DNA from: Octopus bimaculoides
Taxonomy: Eukaryota
Length of the DNA: 43,136 nt
Assembly: GCF_001194135.2 (NCBI RefSeq)
Contig: NC_068985.1
Location: 122,419,787 to 122,462,922, forward strand
Direction: 5' to 3'
The stretch's first letter is position 1; each line of letters begins with the position of its first letter. The notes under the pieces were generated by a model that ran no database searches, was not told the DNA's origin, and worked only from the letters and a program-made list of their open reading frames with translations. Position numbers and translations under genes: made by a program. Shown in pieces: positions 35,847-43,136 of the stretch.

Positions 35847-37738
35847 CCGTATTTCTCCGAAAATAAGACGGGGCTTATATTAATTTTCACTCCGAAATGA
35901 CGCACTAGGGCTTGTTTTCAGGGAAGTTCATATTTTTTTCATGCACCGAAAAACGACATTATGAAAGAGAAAATTACGAAATTACTAAATAAACAGAAAT
36001 TATGGAAAGCGATCTACATTTACTAAACGATTTACATGTTCTTTTACTCAGAAACTTATTAACAACAATTTATTCAAAAACAGTCATGTCATCGTCCTCT
36101 GGAATGTCATTGTCCTGCAAATCACCGGATTCCAAAATTCCTGCTGAGTTTCGTGTGACTCCATTTCCTGCAGAACTTTCGTCCCCAATCTCTCATGTCG
36201 AGCAATAAAGTTCTCACTAAATGAGAAGTTCTTCTCCAGGTAGCCTGCTCGTAGTGCATTGGCAACACAGCTGTCTGGGATTTTGTTCCATGAATTTGTC
36301 ACCCAAGTCACGATCTCCTGCAGGCTGGGTTTCACAAAATTTCCACCCTGATTTCTTTCCATTCTGATTTCAATATAGTCATTGATTTCCATGCGTAAAT
36401 GGTCCTTGAATGATTTCTTTATTGTAATGTCAAGAGTCTGGAAATAGGCAGTCATTCCTGCTGGTATCATGATTTGATCTATTCTTCTTTCTGCAAGGAA
36501 GTTCTTCATGTCTTTTGCGCGGTGCGTGTTGGCTGAATCCCAGACTATCAGACCTCTTTGGCTTCCTCGCAAAATAAATGGCAGCATGAAATCGACCCAC
36601 TTCCTTAAGATACTATTTCCATCGAGACGAATTACCAAAATACATGTAACTCGTGCACTTTCGTAACCAGTGAAGGGAATGTAGATTGACGACGCACCCC
36701 TTTGATCAATTGTCGATTATGATCTTTGGCCTATGAACACTGCAGTTTCACCCATAGCAATCATGTTGGAGAGACGGTATTTAGAAAAGTGTATTCCATC
36801 AACAAACGACTTAAATGCAAGTGCACGTTTAATAATCTTGGTATCTTCTAGTTTGAAGTGTTGTCTGCCTTCTCAGAGAAAGTTCATGTCGCTGAAGGAA
36901 ACCACCCAGCCAGTGTTGCGATGCTTTGAATTCTTCTGGAAATACACCAAACAGTGGTGCATTTACAAGGGCAAATGCTTGAATATCAGTCCTGCGAACA
37001 GCCAAAGCCTTTGCTCTCCCGTCAGCAATCCATTCACAGATGACGTCTTCCAGCTCAGAAAATGGTGGTTGCTGACCTGATCCACACTTGCGCTTCTTTG
37101 CATTTCCCTCATCCACTTGTTGACTGAGCTTAATCGTAGTCTACTCGTCATTTTCGAACCATTCAGAGATCCAAATTCTTTTCTTTGCAGAAAACAGTAA
37201 GATTCTTGCCCATTGATTCCTCCACGATTCCTTTCTTATAGTTGATAGAATAACTCTTTCTTCTTGCACTCATCTTGTCTTGGGGTGAAAATGACCTGAC
37301 AAATGATTTCCCATGCAATTACATCATGTTGTTTTCTGGAAGATTTTTTTATCTTGAAAGCAAATGTGTACTTTATTGGGGTTTTTTTGCAACTACTGAC
37401 CAGTACTGACCACTGACGAAAATGTTACGCAACACATTTGAAAGCTCCGAACATGGACTGTCGATTGATGTATATAGCTTGTTAATATTTGTGTTACGAA
37501 AGAGACACCAGGATAGATTTTGTGACGCATTATTTTTAGCCGCCAAAAAGATATTTTGAACAGTGTATACACCACAACAAAGCGGTTTGAATCAATATAA
37601 AGAGGCTGCTTATTGCTTTCGTCTGCCTACCGCTCTCAACTAGGGCTTATTTTAAGGAAAGGGCTTATATTAAAATTATCCTGAAAATATCATGCTAGGT
37701 CTTATTTTCTGGTTAGGTCTTATTTTCAGGGAAACACG
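35847..37738 (-). mobile_element. pogo/Tigger-like (Tc1/mariner) transposon, near full length, disrupted
   Basis: TIRs CCGTATTTCTCCGAAAATAAGAC / GTCTTATTTTCAGGGAAACACG with TA at both sides. CENP-B-type HTH (FKASQHWLGGFLQRH) and DDE_1 motifs (LIVWDSANTH, QTLD). Confidence 0.92.
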
Positions 37739-39185
37739 TATAATTTTCTCCGTTTCTTCTGTCCTTGTTTTCGTATACATTCGCTGCTTTCTTCCAAGAA
37801 ATCTAATGCTCTTAGCTTAGTCTGTCCTTGGGGCTGGCCAGGTTGGAGCAATCTCGAGTATAACCAGCCAAAATTGAAAAGATAATCTGGAACTCGACTG
37901 AGGAAAGAAAACTCCGAATGACCCGTCCTTGTTTTCTTTGTATCGTCTAACTGGATGTTTTGTTGTCCCTTTCTTGTATCACCTAACTGTCTAGATGTTT
38001 TGCGTTCTTGTCCTATTTTGTGTATATATATATATATATTAATAGTAATAGTAAGACAACAAAAGAATAAAAGAGACCTCGATATTATGTAAATAGAGGA
38101 ATTTATCTGTAATATAATATGTGACAATTATTGTCGGGGCGGAAACCTGCTCCGGCATCTCTTCAGTTATCGAGGCAATCAAAATATGCTATGAAAATGA
38201 CCATTAAACAAAGGGAAATTACTATATAATTGACCGTTATTAAGACAAAAGAGCTATTAGAATGACCGTTAAATAAGGGGGTGGGGACCGAATGGGAGGA
38301 AGTAAAAAGTAAAGGAGTAAAAATACTCATAGCAATCGCGTATGCGCGCATTACATACATACACATGCGCGTACGCACACCCACGTACATGTGCCTATAT
38401 GCATATGCTCACTCACACGAAACACACACATGCGCACCCATACATACGCCAATAGATGCACATATATATTCAACCATGCATGTACACGTATACATATGCA
38501 CACACACGCGCGCGCGCACGCACACACACATACACACGTGCACATACCCATACGCGCACAGTTATATTCAAATACACGTCTAAAAATATGCACATGCTAT
38601 ATGCTCACTCGCAGTCGCGTGGAACACATGCATGTACACCCATAAAAAACCACAAAATGAAACCAGCTGTTCATGCAGGGATAAACATTTGTGCCCGCTA
38701 AATGCAGCTTGCATGTCCGAGACCATCATTTATGAAGCCACCGTAGACTCTACAACCACTAGGAGCACAGTTTTGACAAAGAAATATGTGGGCCTTACAG
38801 AGGGGCATTTCAAGACCAGGTTCAACAAGCACACCTTGAGCTTCAGGGATAAAAGGTAAACGACCAAATTATCCAGTCACATATGCTCCTTAAAAGAAAG
38901 AGGTGTCAGTTACAATATCCATTGGAAGATCTTAGCCAAGTGTAAGCCTTANNNNNNNNNNCCAAATTATCCAGTCACATATGCTCCTTAAAAGAAAGAG
39001 GTGTCAGTTACAATATCCATTGGAAGATCTTAGCCAAGTGTAAGCCTTACACCAACGGCAGTGGAAAGTGCGGTCTTTGTGATATGGAAAGATGGCTCAT
39101 CTGGAAAAGCAGCTTAGACCCCGCTACATGTCTAAATTCAAGAACTGAAATTTTTGGATCATGTCCAAACGTGGCTAAATATTTG

Positions 39186-39799
39186 GGATCTTTTTTAAAA
39201 GGGGGGCCACATTTTTCATTAACGAAATACTTTGAAACTTGGAACACTGGTAGAATGTGTCATATAAAACATCTTTTTCTCTTANNNNNNNNNNNNNNNN
39301 NNNNNNNNNNNNNNNNNNNNNNNNNNNNNNNNNNNNNNNNNNNNNNNNNNNNNNNNNNNNNNNNNNNNNNNNNNNNNNNNNNNNNNNNNNNNNNNNNNNN
39401 NNNNNNNNNNNNNNNNNNNNGCCGATATACATTAAGTGCCGACTACATAAACAAACGATTCTGAAACAATTAACCCTAACCCTAACCCTAGGGTTAGGGT
39501 TAGGGTTAAAGCAAATTTAAAATGAAAAAAGCAAATAAAACGAAGGTATGGAGATTAAATACGCTTTACATCGCTTAATCAGCCAAAAGAGTAAATATAA
39601 ACAACTGAATACTTGTCAGTGATTGGTTGAAATTATCGAAATAAGACAATTTTTTACATGAAATAAATTCGAATACAAAAATATTTTTCTGTTCTATAAC
39701 ACAAAATAGATAAGTATACGAAGTTTGAAAGTCTTTCCGTACCAAAAACACTACGTGAAACATTAATGAAAAATGTGGCCCCCGTTTTAAAATAGATCC
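39186..39799. mobile_element. GGATC-family MITE inserted in the GIY-YIG ORF
   Basis: Perfect 8-bp TSD AATATTTG at 39178-39185 and 39800-39807. It contains a (TAACCC)3-TAGGG(TTAGGG)2 palindrome at about 39470-39510. Confidence 0.9.
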
Positions 39800-40408
39800 A
39801 ATATTTGCTACGTTTTTGGTCCCCCAAGATCACAGATAGAACTTGCTTTTTATATTGTGTCCACGTACAAGCTTTTTACATATACTCTCCATACTTTTTA
39901 CATATATCTTTAATATATTTTTCACATATTTTTTTACATATTTATAGAGATACTTATTATTTTTTAAAAATATTTTGAAAATATATTTTTGAAACATTTT
40001 TATTGTTTTATATATTTTTACACATTTTTCTGTATTTTACCTTTTACCCTGCATTTTTCTTGTGCTTGTGCGTAAATAGACGTGTATATGAACTTTTTTG
40101 TGCGTGTGCGCGTGTGTGTGCGGGTATGTATATATGTACATGTATATGTACATGTGTATGGCTGCTTATATACGTGGGTGCACATGCGAGTGTTCCACGC
40201 GAGTGTGAGTGAGCTTGTGTATGTATGTACATGCGCGCACACGCGATTTCTATGAGCATTTTTACTCCTTTACTTTTTACTTCCTCCCATTCGGTCCCCC
40301 CCCTTATTTAACTGTCATTCTAATAGTTCTTTTGTCTTAATTATGGTCAATTTCATAATAATTTCCCTTTGTTTAACGGTCATTTTCATAGCATATTTTG
40401 ACTGCCTC

Positions 40409-40469
40409 GATAACTGAAGAGATGCCGGAGCAGGTTTCTGCCTCGACATCCGAAACTCGGAGTTTTATT
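40409..40469 (+). ncRNA. Type I hammerhead ribozyme motif (minimal, Penelope-type)
   Basis: Stem I GATAA/TTATT, core CTGAAGA, stem II GATG…CATC, (C)GAAA, stem III ACTC/GAGT with a 1-nt loop, cleavage triplet GUU. Confidence 0.65.
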
Positions 40470-40492
40470 ATGGCAACCGAATAATTGTCACA

Positions 40493-40533
<41 letters not shown>

Positions 40534-42077
40534 CGATGCAGATAAATAAAATATTTGTAAACTCAAATTTTAGTGTTGTCATTCTTTGTACACACAATCT
40601 GTCTCGCATTGTAAACGGTCTAAAAAGAATATATGCCTGACCATCCACACCGAAGCGCTGACAACTCTACCACAGTAACAACAATACGGACGACGACGAC
40701 CACTGAGCGATTTGAAGAGATTTTTCGAGACACAAAACATACATGCACCTACATACACAAAACGAAACAAACATGGGACACAAAGCACCTGTTTACCTAT
40801 ATCCCTCACACGGAGTCCTTAAAGACTAGTTTGCTTTTCCTACCATCGGCAAGAACTGTCCTATTTTCATGACTTACTGAAATGAGATGCAATTAATTTT
40901 CTTGACATTGTTTTCAAAGAAGACGAAAAGATGCCGAGAAGTGATCTGAGGCGAAAAAACAAGCGAACCTATACTCGGTTGTTCGATCTGAAAGAAATAA
41001 CCAAAGGCCCCTGTCATAGAATTAATGAAAGCGGATATCGTAGACAAAATTAGATAATGTAGTCTAGGGACTAGCTACAGCAGCTAGGCTGATTCGAAAC
41101 CGATTCCACATTTTTATTAATTGTCAAACAAATTTCCGGTTCTTTGTTTTCTCTTCTCTGCTCTTAGAGATTTATGTGAATGAGTTGACCTCTGAGACCT
41201 ACTCTGGTCATGGAAGGGTCAGAGATAAGTCTGGAGAAATCTTTTGTCTTGGGTTGATCTAAACAACCTTTGTTATAGCCAAACGTATATAAACACAAGA
41301 AAGTTAGATCTCTTTCTCTTTCGGCTAATTCGACCGCTTGCCGAGGAGAGAAAATTTTTGTTCCCTATTTTTATTGCCTCTAGCTGCCTTAATCACTTTC
41401 TCTCTGACAGCACAGGGAAAAAGCTAGTTCCCACATAGAATGAACCATGGAGCCACAGAATATCTTACTGCATTGACAAACAATGCGGACACAACAACGC
41501 GACGACATCGTTTATTTTATAATAACGACTAATATCATAATTCATATTAAATAAATGGCCATCTTCATGATTATTTTTTCTTCATTCATTCATTTCCCTG
41601 ATGCATCACATCCGTCCAAGTTATATCGTTACGTTTTTGGTGACCTCGGACGAAAGAACAACAGCCTTCCTTTACTTTTTGGTGACTACGACTTGATTAT
41701 AGTAGCATTAGATATGTGTTAGCCTCAAAACAAACCGAAGAAATAAACAATAACACGGGACGTTTATAATTGGAAGGCGTTCTTTCAATTGTGTCCTCAA
41801 TCAATGCGAACCCGACGCTAACTGTTGACAACAACATGATGAAGAAGCAAAATGGAAGCAAACGTAATGTTTGTTAGTCGAGGAGTCTCAAATGTATCAA
41901 ATGTCCGAAAGAGAAATAAACTAAATGTTATTTATCTCAATATACGCAGCATAAATAAAATCTTCGTCGCACGTCAGGTTTGGCTATTGGGCTATGATTG
42001 TCAGGTCGTTGCCCTCCGTAGAGAACAATGTATTAGAAGCATAACGAGCGGCTGCTTGATAGTCGCGGGCGCGCATA

Positions 42078-42112
<35 letters not shown>

Positions 42113-42779
42113 CCGCTCACACACACACACACACACATCTTTTTATATTTTACTTGTTTAAGACTGTGGCCATGCTGGAGCATCGCCTTGAAGAATTTTT
42201 TTGTCGAATGAATCGACTCCAGTATTTATTTCTTTTTAAGCCTGATATTTATTCTTTCGTACTGTTTTGCCGAACTGCTAAGTTACGGGGACGTAAACAC
42301 AACAACATCGATTGTTAAGCAGTGGTGGGAGACATACGCACGCACACAAACGCACGCACACAAACGCACGCACACACACACACACATGTATAGGCGCAGG
42401 TATGGCTGTGTGGTAAGAATTGTGCTTCCCAACAACATGGTTTCAGCTTCAGTCCCACTGCCCTTCGTCCTGCGCAACTGTCTTTATCTATAGCCCTGGG
42501 CCGACCAAAAGACTTGTGAGTGAATTTGATAGACAGAAACCGAAAGAAACCTGTCGTACACACACACACACACACGTACGTCACAAAAACCGTGGACAAA
42601 ATGAAAAGCAACATAAACAGAGCACAGAAAACAAACAGGCTACATAAAGAATATTTCCTTCATCAGCAGCCCCTATTCTAAACTAAGCGTTTCGAAGAGT
42701 TAGAGCAGGACGCATTGTTAGAATAGCTCTTCCCGTGGAAACAAATTAAATTAAATTAAATTTGTAATGCGGAGGAATT

Positions 42780-43090
42780 AAGTGGCAAACAGAAAACACG
42801 ACAGGAAAATGAAACAGTGAAAATAAACAAGAAGGACTGTAAGGCCAGACGTGAAAAAATATCTGTATACTGAACGCTGTGATGTGACGAACTTGAGGGG
42901 AAGAGAGAAGAAAGTTCGCGCTAGCTTGGCAGTGGCCAAGAGAGGAAAGAAAGCAGGAGCCGGTCGCATGTGACCAGCGAGGGGTAAGGAGAGAGAGTGG
43001 TAGAGAGAGAAAAAAAGGGGAGGAAGTTGAACATAGGTAAGCAACGAGAGACAGGGAGGAAGAGAGAGAAATAGTAGTGAAGGGGAGAGG
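42780..43090. repeat. Dispersed repeat, copy 2 (homolog of 14-330, same orientation)
   Basis: Colinear similarity with the window start, visible by eye. Confidence 0.75.
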
Positions 43091-43136
43091 CGAAGAACAA
43101 CGTGTGTGTGCATGCGTCTTTATGTTCTGTTTGTAC

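Larger units (their letters stand above)
38108..40504 (+). mobile_element. Penelope-like element remnant: GIY-YIG endonuclease fragment between inverted pLTR-like arms
   Basis: 38650-39185 and 39800-39840 encode CP…IIYEATV…KYVGLTEGHFKTRFNKH…WKIL…PY…CGLC…LNSRTEIFGSC…KYLL. Arms 38108-38595 and 40060-40504 are inverted copies. Confidence 0.82.

Noticed and set aside
38864-39049. 88-bp direct duplication inside the GIY-YIG ORF
   Set aside because: The two identical copies (38864-38951 and 38962-39049) sit on either side of a 10-N gap, which is the typical unmerged contig-overlap artefact.
39470-39510. (CCCTAA)n(TTAGGG)n palindrome as a real telomere or chromosome fusion scar
   Set aside because: Only a few units long and enclosed in a MITE with a perfect 8-bp TSD.
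41170-41290. Acceptor-like site followed by IYVNELTSETYSGHGRVRDKSGEIF
   Set aside because: The frame stops early, there is no partner exon and no homolog was recognised.

Overview
AT-rich, repeat-dense animal genomic DNA with N gaps. It is most likely an octopus or other coleoid cephalopod, inferred from SINE/MITE families I recognise rather than from a database search. One host gene is supported: a nanos homologue on the + strand. Its terminal exon (26215-26464) encodes a perfect CCHC-CCHC Nanos zinc finger. A NOT1-interacting-motif-like first exon (5378-5445) and three phase-compatible internal exons give a five-exon, 284-aa model spread over about 21 kb. The rest is mostly mobile DNA: a 5'-truncated Gypsy element with 3' LTR and PPT, Tx1, CR1, RTE and R4-like LINE remnants, a Penelope-like GIY-YIG fragment between inverted pLTR-like arms, pogo/Tigger and hAT fossils, many tRNA-derived SINEs, and several MITEs with GG termini and 8-bp TSDs, most carrying TTAGGG/CCCTAA arrays. 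The best leads are the multi-exon nanos model, a 300-nt in-frame exon-like cassette whose only stops are two UAG codons, a type I hammerhead ribozyme motif in the Penelope arm, and the nested telomere-repeat foldback elements.
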